From positions 1-24,320 of the forward strand of contig JAYTOU010000081.1 in the NCBI GenBank assembly GCA_043747615.1: a stretch of DNA of 24,320 bases, written 5' to 3'. Shown here in pieces: positions 8,389-16,604 of the stretch. Each line of letters begins with the position of its first letter. Position 1 is the stretch's first letter. The position numbers and the translations under genes are program-made. Source of the stretch: Myxococcales bacterium (lineage in GTDB: Bacteria; Myxococcota_A; Polyangia; Polyangiales; Polyangiaceae). Under the pieces are notes generated by a model that made no database searches, had not been told where the DNA came from, and saw only the letters and a list, made by a program, of their open reading frames with translations.

Positions 8389-9774
8389 ATGCGACTCGCG
8401 CATCTCCTCGGCCCCGAGCTAAAACAGCTCCTAAAGGAAGATCCCGACCAGGTTCGGGAGCTGCTGAGCGAGATTCACGCCGAGGACCTCGCGGACCTCG
8501 TGTCGGAGCTCGAGCCAGACGAAGCCGCAGAGCTCCTCGAACGTCTGCCCGCTGAAGAGGCCGCATCGATCTTCGAGCGCCTCGAGGAGCACGAGCAAGA
8601 AGAGCTCGCTGACCTGATGCCGCCCGAGTCGGTGGCCCACATCGTCAGTGAAATGGCGCCGGACGAGCGCGCCGACTTTTTCAGCGTTCTCCCAGAGGCC
8701 GTCGGAGACAAGCTTCTCGAGACCCTCGAGCGCGTCGATCCCGCAGCCGCCGAAGAGGTACGCGAGATAGAGAAATGGCCCGAGACGTCCGCCGGTCATT
8801 TGATGACCACGAGCTACGTCTCCGTCAACCCGTACGTTTCGGTCGAGGGCGCGATGGTTGCCATTCGCGAGTACGCCGTGGAGAACGAGGACACTCCTGT
8901 CTACAACGTCTACGTGATGAACGATGGAGAGCACCTCGTCGGTGTCGTCTCGCTTCGCCAGCTCATCATCGCCAAGCCCTTCGATCCCGTCTCAGCCATC
9001 ATGCGCACGAACGTCATCAGCGTCACGCCGGAGCTCGACCAAGAAGAGGTAGCCAGGCGCATGGCCAAGTACGACCTCAACGTCGTGCCCGTCATCGACG
9101 ACGCGGGCGCGCTGCTTGGGATCATCACCATCGACGACGTCATCGACGTGCTCACCCAGGAGCAGACGGAAGACGTGCAGAAAATCGGCGGCGTCGAGCC
9201 CCTCGACGTTCCGTACTTTCAAACCACGTTCTTCCAGTTCATTCGGAAGCGGGGCGTCTGGCTCGTGGTCCTCTTCTTCGAGGAGTTTTTTACACAGACC
9301 GCGCTTCGCCATTACGACCCTGTTTTCAAGGCGATCGAGGGCGCAAGCTACTACGTGCCCCTCCTCATTTCGACGGGTGGAAACTCAGGCTCCCAGTCCT
9401 CGACCCTCGTCATCCGTGGGCTGGCGATCGGCGAGATCAAGCTCCGCGATTGGGGGCGCATCTTCATGCGCGAGCTCGGGATGGGGCTCGTGCTCGGGCT
9501 CGGACTCGGAGCCATCGGTTTTTGCCGCGTGCTCATGTACCGCGATCAGGGGATCCGCTTTGCGCTCACGATAGGCATCACCCTCGTGGGGATCGTCATC
9601 ACGGGCTGCACGGTCGGGTCGATGCTCCCGCTTCTCTTGAAGCGCCTCGGAGTCGACCCGGCCACTAGCTCGACCCCCTTCATCGCGAGCCTAGTCGATG
9701 TCGCCGGCATCATCGTCTTCGTCCACGTCGCGAAGCTCGTAATGTGGGAAGTCATCCAGAGCGGCGGTCTCTAG
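8389..9774 (+). CDS. mgtE: Magnesium transporter MgtE
   Basis: Acidic N-domain, CBS pair (SAGHLMT...GIITIDDVID), TM motifs GGNSGSQS and VDPATSSTPFIASLVD. Confidence 0.97.
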   Translation: MRLAHLLGPELKQLLKEDPDQVRELLSEIHAEDLADLVSELEPDEAAELLERLPAEEAASIFERLEEHEQEELADLMPPESVAHIVSEMAPDERADFFSVLPEAVGDKLLETLERVDPAAAEEVREIEKWPETSAGHLMTTSYVSVNPYVSVEGAMVAIREYAVENEDTPVYNVYVMNDGEHLVGVVSLRQLIIAKPFDPVSAIMRTNVISVTPELDQEEVARRMAKYDLNVVPVIDDAGALLGIITIDDVIDVLTQEQTEDVQKIGGVEPLDVPYFQTTFFQFIRKRGVWLVVLFFEEFFTQTALRHYDPVFKAIEGASYYVPLLISTGGNSGSQSSTLVIRGLAIGEIKLRDWGRIFMRELGMGLVLGLGLGAIGFCRVLMYRDQGIRFALTIGITLVGIVITGCTVGSMLPLLLKRLGVDPATSSTPFIASLVDVAGIIVFVHVAKLVMWEVIQSGGL

Positions 9775-9789
9775 GCTGTCCCCGAAGGC

Positions 9790-9822
9790 CTGTCCGCGAC
9801 AGTCCGCATTCTGTCCGCGACA
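9790..9822. repeat. Direct repeat CTGTCCGCGACA x2 (21-bp period) with a partial GTCCGC copy between; candidate activator-binding site
   Basis: Copies at 9790-9801 and 9811-9822; GTCCGC cores at 9792, 9802 and 9813, about one helical turn apart. Confidence 0.6.
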
Positions 9823-9946
9823 CCTCGGCCACCCCAGCGATCATCTTCCCGCCGATCCGGTCCTCGCAGAGCAACTTCGTTAGCTTGCTCACGGTCTTGG
9901 TCATTTTCTGCAGACAGCGATGGGTCTGAGAGGGGGCTCCCCGGGC

Positions 9947-9962
9947 GGGCACAGATTCTGCT
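9947..9962 (+). promoter_or_regulatory. Putative sigma54 (-24/-12) promoter of the MarR gene
   Basis: GGGCACAGATTCTGCT = GG-N10-GC, close to the consensus TGGCAC-N5-TTGCW. Predicted +1 near 9973, just before ATG 9975. Confidence 0.6.
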
Positions 9963-9974
9963 CCGTCGCGGAAT

Positions 9975-10469
9975 ATGAATGTGATCCTATTTGGCTTGAA
10001 ACGGGCGTTTCAATGCTCGATTCGCTTCACGCGGTCCCTCGTCGGCGCCTTCGGGCTCACGGCCGCGCGGTTCGACATGCTTCACGCCATCAAGAGGTCG
10101 TACCAGTTCAGCATCAGACAGAGCGAGCTCCGGCGCACCCTTGGGGTCAGCGCACCAACTGTCAGTCGCATGCTCGGCTCGCTCGAAAAACTTGGGCTCG
10201 TTACCCGCGCGCGACCAAGCCGTGACACCCGTCAACGTATCGTCACGCTCACGGCCGTGGGGGTCGCGTGCATGCGACGCGCGTTCAAGTCCATCGTTCG
10301 CCGCCGCGTCGTCCGGACTGCGTACGACAAGGTGCTGACCGTCGGTCTCTTAGGCGAGCCCGGCGCGCGCTTCACGGAAACCTGCAATGCCGAATCCGTC
10401 TGCGACCGCATTCGACGCGGCTTCGGAGACACCTCGACGCTTAACTATCCTTGGCACCCGGACGATTGA
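9975..10469 (+). CDS. MarR-family winged-helix transcriptional regulator
   Basis: FGLTAARFDML...IRQSELRRTLGVSAPTVSRMLGSLEKLGLVTRARPSRDTRQRIVTLT (HTH plus DxR wing). Confidence 0.9.
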   Translation: MNVILFGLKRAFQCSIRFTRSLVGAFGLTAARFDMLHAIKRSYQFSIRQSELRRTLGVSAPTVSRMLGSLEKLGLVTRARPSRDTRQRIVTLTAVGVACMRRAFKSIVRRRVVRTAYDKVLTVGLLGEPGARFTETCNAESVCDRIRRGFGDTSTLNYPWHPDD

Positions 10470-10471
10470 AT

Positions 10472-10987
10472 CTAGCGTTCCCCGCACGCAGCGCAGCAGA
10501 GTGACTTGGGGCGTCGTTCGGTGCGGGCCACGGTTTCGCCGCACTCGCAGGCCCAGCCGATCACGCGGGACGGCACGCCGACCACGATCGCGTGGGCCGG
10601 GACGTCACGGGTAACTACGGCTCCCGCGCCGATCATCGCAAAGGCGCCGATCCTCACCGGGGCAACGAGGGTGGCGTGCGCTCCGATGGAGGCGCCGCGC
10701 TCGACGACGGTTTCATCCCAGTCGGGCGCACGCGAATAGCGAGCGCGCGGGTGACGAATGTTGGTGAACATCGCTGCTGGTCCGACGAAGACGTCTTCTT
10801 CGAGACGAACCCCGCTCCATACGCTGGTGTGGCTCTGGATACGGGTCCCGGCGCCGATGAACGCACCTTCGGCGACGAAGCAAAACGCCCCCACCACCAC
10901 GTCGGCTTCGATGACTGCGCCTTCCATGACGATGGCGCTTGGATAGAGCTTGGCGGGCAGATTTGTCCGCGCACGGGCTTTCGGCAT
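10472..10987 (-). CDS. Hexapeptide-repeat (left-handed beta-helix) N-acyltransferase, WbpD/WlbB-like, with a C-terminal Cys ribbon
   Basis: Hexapeptide repeats, [47 protein letters not shown]...CAACG. Start MPKAR at 10987 avoids overlap with the divergent gene. Confidence 0.88.
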   Translation of the reverse strand: MPKARARTNLPAKLYPSAIVMEGAVIEADVVVGAFCFVAEGAFIGAGTRIQSHTSVWSGVRLEEDVFVGPAAMFTNIRHPRARYSRAPDWDETVVERGASIGAHATLVAPVRIGAFAMIGAGAVVTRDVPAHAIVVGVPSRVIGWACECGETVARTERRPKSLCCAACGER

Positions 10988-11016
10988 AGCGCGTTTGACT
11001 CTACGCTCCCCCGAAG

Positions 11017-12150
11017 ATGCATCTGAGGAATCTTGCCATCTACGTCGCTCTCGTCGCACTCGTCGCATTTACGTCCGTCGGCTGCTGGAAGCAGAGGAAG
11101 CACGGTCCCGCGTACGTGGCGAAGGACCTCGCGGTCGGCGCAAGTCACGCCTGCGCGTTGATGAAAGACGGGACCGTCCTCTGCTGGGGCAAGAACGACT
11201 ACGGCCAGCTCGGTGACGGAACGACGCTCGACCGACCCTCGCCGGTGCGCGCAAGCCTCACCTCCGACATCGTGGATCTCGCGGCCGGTCGCGCGATGAC
11301 CTGCGCGCGTCTCCGCGACGGCACGGTAGACTGCTGGGGAAGCCTGATTTACAGCTCGACGACGGGTGTTCTAGCCCAGCCAAGCGATCTCTCCGCCTTG
11401 AAGGACGTTGCCGAGATCGCCGTCTCCGTCGGCCATGGATGTGCGCGGATGACCGGCGGCACCGTTCGCTGCTGGGGTGTGAATCATCACGGTGAGGTCG
11501 GCGATGGCTCTACGACCGCCCGCTCTGCGCCCGTCGATGTAGGCGGGCTATGGGGCGTGACCACCGTCGCCGTTGGAGGAGAGCACTCGTGCGTGGTGAG
11601 CGCGGACGGTCGCGTGCGCTGCTGGGGGAGGAATGACCAGGGGCAGCTCGGCGACGGGACGCTCGAAGACCGCGCGATCCCCACCGTGGTGCCCGGCCTC
11701 GGCGGCGTCATTCTCGTGGCTGCCGGCGCCGCCCATACGTGCGCGGTCCTCTCCGATCGCAGCGTCCAGTGCTGGGGGAAGAACGACGACGGGCAGCTCG
11801 GTGATGGAACCCAGAACCGCCGGACCCACCCCACCCACGTACAGGGGCTCGAGCCCGTGCGCAGCATCGCGCTCGGCGACACGACGACGTGCACGCGGAT
11901 GCAAGAGGGGAGCGTTCGCTGCTGGGGTAAGAACGATCAGGGCCAGCTCACCGACGGTACACGCGCGAGTAAGCCGAATCCGGCGATGATCTCCGGTCTC
12001 TTCGACGTGGGAAGCATCGGGCTAGGCGAGGGGAGAGCCTGCGTGCGCATCAACGACGGCTTCGTCCGCTGCTGGGGAAAGAACGACGTCGGCCAGGCGG
12101 GGGACCGAACCCGCGAAGCTCGCCCCGTCCCCGTAGAAGTACGCTGGTAA
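11017..12150 (+). CDS. RCC1-repeat beta-propeller lipoprotein
   Basis: Signal peptide ending in SVG-C; about seven ~50-aa repeats of the type HxCA..DGxVxCWGxNxxGQLGDGT. Confidence 0.92.
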   Translation: MHLRNLAIYVALVALVAFTSVGCWKQRKHGPAYVAKDLAVGASHACALMKDGTVLCWGKNDYGQLGDGTTLDRPSPVRASLTSDIVDLAAGRAMTCARLRDGTVDCWGSLIYSSTTGVLAQPSDLSALKDVAEIAVSVGHGCARMTGGTVRCWGVNHHGEVGDGSTTARSAPVDVGGLWGVTTVAVGGEHSCVVSADGRVRCWGRNDQGQLGDGTLEDRAIPTVVPGLGGVILVAAGAAHTCAVLSDRSVQCWGKNDDGQLGDGTQNRRTHPTHVQGLEPVRSIALGDTTTCTRMQEGSVRCWGKNDQGQLTDGTRASKPNPAMISGLFDVGSIGLGEGRACVRINDGFVRCWGKNDVGQAGDRTREARPVPVEVRW

Positions 12151-12170
12151 TTCCTGGTACGGTCGCAGCC

Positions 12171-13214
12171 ATGGCGATCACCTATCGTGAAGCGGGGGTC
12201 GACATCGACGCGGGCGACGATCTCGTCGAGCGCATCAAACCGCTCGCCCGGGCCACGCGCATCAAAGAGGTGCTCGGCGACGTAGGCGGATTTGCCGGGC
12301 TCTGCGCCGTCCCATCCGAGGTGTCCGAGCCGGTGCTCGTCAGCGGCACCGACGGCGTCGGCACGAAGCTCAAAGTGGCGTTTCTAGCGGGCGTTCATGA
12401 CACGATCGGGTTCGACCTCGTCGGCATGTGCGTGAACGACATCATCACGTGCGGCGCGCGCCCACTCTTTTTTCTCGACTACTTCGCGACCTCCAAGCTC
12501 GACGTGGGCGTGGCCGAAAACGTGGTTCGCGGCATCGCCGAGGCTTGCAAAGAGGTGGGCTGCGCCCTTCTTGGCGGTGAGACGGCGGAGCTCCCGGGCA
12601 TGTACCAGCCCGGCGAATACGACCTCGCAGGGTTCGCTGTGGGCGTCGTCTCGCGACCGAAGATCGTCGACGGAAAGCGCGTGGAGAAGGGGGACGTGGC
12701 GATCGGTCTACCGTCGAGCGGCCTCCACTCGAACGGCTATACCCTCGCGCGCCGCGTCCTCTTGCAGAAGATGAGCCTTGCGCTGTCGGACACCCCCGCC
12801 GAGCTTGGCGGCCTGACCGTCGGCAACGCTCTGCTCTCGCCCACGCGCCTCTACGCCCGCCAGATGCTCGCTATCGTCGGCGCGCCGAACGTGGACGTTC
12901 GCGCCATGAGTCACATCACGGGCGGCGGACTCCCCGGCAACCTGCCGCGCGTCCTCCCCGACGGCCTCGGAGTCCGCATCACCAATCCCTGGAAAAGACC
13001 GGCTATTTACGATCTGATCGCGAGTGGCGGCCCGGTCGCCGAGAGCGAGCTGCGCCGCACGTTCAACTGCGGGATTGGGTACGTCTTCATCGTCCCCGCG
13101 TCGTGCGCGGACGATGCGCTCTCGGTTCTCCGCGGGCTCGGAGAGTCGCCGCTCGTGATCGGCGAGGTGGTTCCCGTCGGCGACGTCGCCTTCGAGGAGC
13201 GGGTCATCTGGTGA
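12171..13214 (+). CDS. purM: Phosphoribosylformylglycinamidine cyclo-ligase (AIR synthetase)
   Basis: YREAGVDID, SGTDGVGTK, PLFFLDY, GGETAELPG, SSGLHSNGY, HITGGG, TFNCGIG. Confidence 0.99.
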   Translation: MAITYREAGVDIDAGDDLVERIKPLARATRIKEVLGDVGGFAGLCAVPSEVSEPVLVSGTDGVGTKLKVAFLAGVHDTIGFDLVGMCVNDIITCGARPLFFLDYFATSKLDVGVAENVVRGIAEACKEVGCALLGGETAELPGMYQPGEYDLAGFAVGVVSRPKIVDGKRVEKGDVAIGLPSSGLHSNGYTLARRVLLQKMSLALSDTPAELGGLTVGNALLSPTRLYARQMLAIVGAPNVDVRAMSHITGGGLPGNLPRVLPDGLGVRITNPWKRPAIYDLIASGGPVAESELRRTFNCGIGYVFIVPASCADDALSVLRGLGESPLVIGEVVPVGDVAFEERVIW

Positions 13215-13876
13215 AGCCAGACACGCTCAAGCTCGGCGTACTCATTTCCGGAAGCGGAACGAACCTGCAAGCGATACTCGATGCGATCGCCGGGGGAACG
13301 CTCGACGCCAAGGTCACCCTCGTGCTGTCGAACATCGCCGCGGCGCAAGGCCTCGAGCGCGCACGCACGGCGGGCGTGCCCACCAAGGTCATCGACCACC
13401 GAGGGTTCCTCGCGCGCACCGAGTTCGACGCCGCGGTGGTGCAAGCGCTCCGGGAGCACGGCGCGGAGTGGGTCGTCCTCGCCGGCTTCATGCGGGTAGT
13501 CACGCCCGTTCTGCTCGATGCTTTTCCGATGCGCGTGATCAACGTGCACCCTGCGCTTCTTCCTGCGTTTCCTGGGGTCCACGGCGCTCGGCAAGCACTC
13601 GAGTACGGCGTTCGCGTGGCAGGTTGCACAGTGCATCTTGTCGACGCGGGGACGGACACCGGGCCCATCGTCGCGCAAGCGGCCGTCCCTGTTTTTCACG
13701 GTGATGACGAGGCGACCTTGGCGGCGCGCATCCTCGTCGAGGAGCATGCTCTCCTTCCGAAGGCGCTGCAGTGGATCGCCGAAGGCCGAATGAACGTGCA
13801 AGCGAAAGCGGGGCCCGAGGGCCGCGTACGCATCGAGATCGTAGACAGCGAAAGGGAGGCGAACCGTGGGCGCTGA
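13211..13876 (+). CDS. purN: Phosphoribosylglycinamide formyltransferase
   Basis: VLISGSGTNLQA, LAGFMR, INVHPALLPAFPG, GCTVHLV, DTGPI. GTG 13211 overlaps the purM TGA. Confidence 0.98.
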   Translation: MKPDTLKLGVLISGSGTNLQAILDAIAGGTLDAKVTLVLSNIAAAQGLERARTAGVPTKVIDHRGFLARTEFDAAVVQALREHGAEWVVLAGFMRVVTPVLLDAFPMRVINVHPALLPAFPGVHGARQALEYGVRVAGCTVHLVDAGTDTGPIVAQAAVPVFHGDDEATLAARILVEEHALLPKALQWIAEGRMNVQAKAGPEGRVRIEIVDSEREANRGR

Positions 13877-15050
13877 TATCGTCGCGATCTGGATGGGCCG
13901 CATCATTCTCGCGGTCCTCGTCACCGTGGTCCTGGTGTGGATGCTGCGCCGGGTCGGCTCCACGCTGAAGCAAGTTGTAGGATACATCGAAGTTTATTTG
14001 CAGAAGCGGGGGAGGGGGATCCACTTCCGCTCCGTCGAGGTTCTCTCCGCAGACGCGATCCATCGCTTCATTCTCTCTCTCGTGGGCACGGCGCGGGTGG
14101 TCGCCACCTTGGCGCTCCTCTATGCGTGGCTCCTTGTCGTGGCTTGGTCGCTCGATGCCAGCAAACGCGTCTTCGGCGTGGTCGAGCAACCGCTCCTCAC
14201 CGCGCTCAGCACGGCCGGCAGTGCGATCATCAACTTCATCCCGAACTTGATGATGCTCGTGGTCATCGTCGTGCTCGCGCGCGTCTCCACGCGGGTGATC
14301 GCGATCCTCACCGAGGCCGTGGGAGAGCAGCGTCTCCACTTCGATTGGCTTCCGACCGAGCTCGCCGTGCCCACCCGCCGGCTGGGGACGATCGTCGTGT
14401 GGGGGCTCGCCCTCGTCATGTCGGCCCCGTACCTCCCGGGGAGCGAGTCGAAGGCGTTCCTGGGCGTCTGCATCATGCTTGGAATCCTGATCTCGCTCGG
14501 CTCGACGAGCATCACCTCGAACCTCTTGTCCGGTCTCGTCCTCACCTACGCGCGCACCTACGGCAAAGGAGACTGGGTCGAGATCGGCGACGTCGTCGGC
14601 GACGTGGTGAACCTCGGCCCCTTCACGACCCGCATTCGCACCATCAAAGACGAAGAGGTGATCATCCCGAACGCGGTCGTCCAGGCTGGCTCCGTCCGGA
14701 ACTTCACGCGCTACGCCGCAGGCCACGGCGTGCAGATCCACACCGAGGTCACCGCCGGCTACGACGTCCCCTGGCGCACGATGCACCGCGTTCTCCTCGA
14801 AGCCGCGAACGCCACCGACGGAGCGCGAACCACCCCCGCGCCGTACGTCCTCGCGCGCGCGCTCGACGCCTTTTCGGTTCGCTACGAGCTCTACGCGTAC
14901 TGCGATGTTCCGCGCGAGCTCCACCTCGTCGAATCGCGCATGTGCCAGGCGATCTTGGATGCGTGCGCGAAAGAGGGCGTGGACATCAGCGCCCCCCACC
15001 TTCGTCGATCGCACGAGCACGCGAAGTCGCCGCCTCGTTCGGACTCCTGA
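13866..15050 (+). CDS. Small-conductance mechanosensitive channel (MscS family)
   Basis: Multiple TM helices, SNLLSGLVL, YGKGDWVEIG..GDV, TTRIRT, VIIPN, AGYDVPW. Confidence 0.93.
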   Translation: MGADIVAIWMGRIILAVLVTVVLVWMLRRVGSTLKQVVGYIEVYLQKRGRGIHFRSVEVLSADAIHRFILSLVGTARVVATLALLYAWLLVVAWSLDASKRVFGVVEQPLLTALSTAGSAIINFIPNLMMLVVIVVLARVSTRVIAILTEAVGEQRLHFDWLPTELAVPTRRLGTIVVWGLALVMSAPYLPGSESKAFLGVCIMLGILISLGSTSITSNLLSGLVLTYARTYGKGDWVEIGDVVGDVVNLGPFTTRIRTIKDEEVIIPNAVVQAGSVRNFTRYAAGHGVQIHTEVTAGYDVPWRTMHRVLLEAANATDGARTTPAPYVLARALDAFSVRYELYAYCDVPRELHLVESRMCQAILDACAKEGVDISAPHLRRSHEHAKSPPRSDS

Positions 15051-16592
15051 GTGTCGAAACACTACGACGTGGTGGTGCTCGGGGCGGGCATCGGCGCTCT
15101 CACCGCGGCGGCGCTCCTTGCCCGTCGCTCGTGGCGGGTCCTCGTCCTCGGTCAGAACCATCGCCCGCCGGTGTACACGCACGAAGGATTCACCCTTGCC
15201 CGCCGGCCTTTCACGCTCCTCGCATCGGCGTCTCCCGCGTGGGGACGGGTGCTCGTGGAGCTCGCGCAATCGCAGACCTTCCGCCGTCACATGCTTCCTC
15301 TCGATCCGATGCTCCAGGTGCTCACGCCCGAGCGACGTCTCGAGCTTCCTCCTGACACCGCGCTCTTCGGACGCGAGATCGAGCGCGAGTTTCCCGAGGT
15401 GAGGCGGATCATCGACGAGCTCTACGCGGAGCTCGCCCGCACCAACGCCGCTGCCGACAGCGCCTTCGAAAAAGACGTGGTGTGGCCACCGGGGAGCTTC
15501 TGGGAGCGGCGTGAGACCGCGCGGGTCCTCGCCACGTTGCCGCATGTGAAGACGCCAGCGCACGGTGGCCCGCCGCAGGATTTTCTGGGGGAATTTCCGA
15601 AGGATCATCCGTACCGCGCGATCGTCGAGACGCCGGCGCGCTTCGCGAGTGATCTGAGCGGCGTGCTCCCGCCCTTCGCCACCGCCCGCCTCCACGGCGC
15701 ATGGACCCGCGGGATGATGCGTCTCGCGCGCGGCGAAGAAGAGATCTCCGAGTTCCTCGTCGAGCGTGTGAGGGCGCACGGTGGAGAGATTGCGCTTGCC
15801 GATCGCGCGTCGTCGATCACGCACCGCGGGGGCAAGGTGACCGGCGTCATCCTCGACGGAGACGACGCGGCCACCGGGGTGCAGTTCGTCGTCTCGGACC
15901 TCCCTACCCAGTCGATCCTGGAGCTCGCGAGCGGCTTCGTCCCCTCGCGGCGTGCGGTCGCCGGCCTGCCCACCATGCACGCTCGAGAGCGACGTTTCGT
16001 CGTGACCATGGCCGTGAGAGACGCAGGCATTCCCGAGCCCCTCGCCGCCGAGTCGTTCCTTCTTCCGCAAGTCTCGCGCTACCCGCCGGTGCATCTGCAG
16101 CGCGTGCGACCGACCTCCGCGCCCGCGGGAACGAGCCTCCTCATCGCGGAGACGATCCTCGAGAGCACGGCGCTCGGCCTTCCCGATGCACGCGAGCGCG
16201 TCCTCGGATCGGTGGAGCGTTTTCTCCCCTTCATCGAGCGCCACTACCTTCTCGTCGATTCGCCGCACGATGGTCGCCCCCTCTGGGATCTCCGCTCGGG
16301 AACGCGAAAGGATGTAGACCGCACGCGTCTTCGCGGGGGCGGCGGGTCACTCGACGCCGAATCGATGATCCCGCTCTGGGAGGCCGAGCCTGCCCAGCTC
16401 CACGGCCTCGGCGGTGAACCACTTCGCACGCCGCTCGGCGGGGCCTTCGTGGTCGGTCGAACGACGCTGCCTGCGCTCGGCCAAGAGGGGGAGCTCCTCG
16501 CGGCGTGGGGCGCGGCGCGCATGATCACCCGCACCGATAGACGCAAAGAAAAGATGAGGCGCGAGATGTGGAGCAAGATCGAGCTGGGGTAG
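15051..16592 (+). CDS. Phytoene dehydrogenase-like FAD/NAD(P)-binding oxidoreductase homolog (degenerate motifs)
   Basis: YDVVVLGAGIGALTAAALLA Rossmann start; central LVERVRAHGGEI; C-terminal AFVVGRTTLPALGQEGELLAA resembling the CrtI-family end motif. Confidence 0.8.
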   Translation: MSKHYDVVVLGAGIGALTAAALLARRSWRVLVLGQNHRPPVYTHEGFTLARRPFTLLASASPAWGRVLVELAQSQTFRRHMLPLDPMLQVLTPERRLELPPDTALFGREIEREFPEVRRIIDELYAELARTNAAADSAFEKDVVWPPGSFWERRETARVLATLPHVKTPAHGGPPQDFLGEFPKDHPYRAIVETPARFASDLSGVLPPFATARLHGAWTRGMMRLARGEEEISEFLVERVRAHGGEIALADRASSITHRGGKVTGVILDGDDAATGVQFVVSDLPTQSILELASGFVPSRRAVAGLPTMHARERRFVVTMAVRDAGIPEPLAAESFLLPQVSRYPPVHLQRVRPTSAPAGTSLLIAETILESTALGLPDARERVLGSVERFLPFIERHYLLVDSPHDGRPLWDLRSGTRKDVDRTRLRGGGGSLDAESMIPLWEAEPAQLHGLGGEPLRTPLGGAFVVGRTTLPALGQEGELLAAWGAARMITRTDRRKEKMRREMWSKIELG

Positions 16593-16604
16593 TAAGTTCG
16601 ACCC

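Noticed and set aside
11140..12110. Regularly spaced DNA repeats (e.g. TGCTGGGG..AAC, GGGCAGCTCGG) suggestive of an array
   Set aside because: They are coding RCC1 repeats at ~150-bp period with synonymous variation; not CRISPR.
13539..16268. 909-aa minus-strand ORF
   Set aside because: Antisense to purN, mscS and the oxidoreductase-like gene; Arg/Gly-rich and motif-free, typical of high-GC shadow frames.
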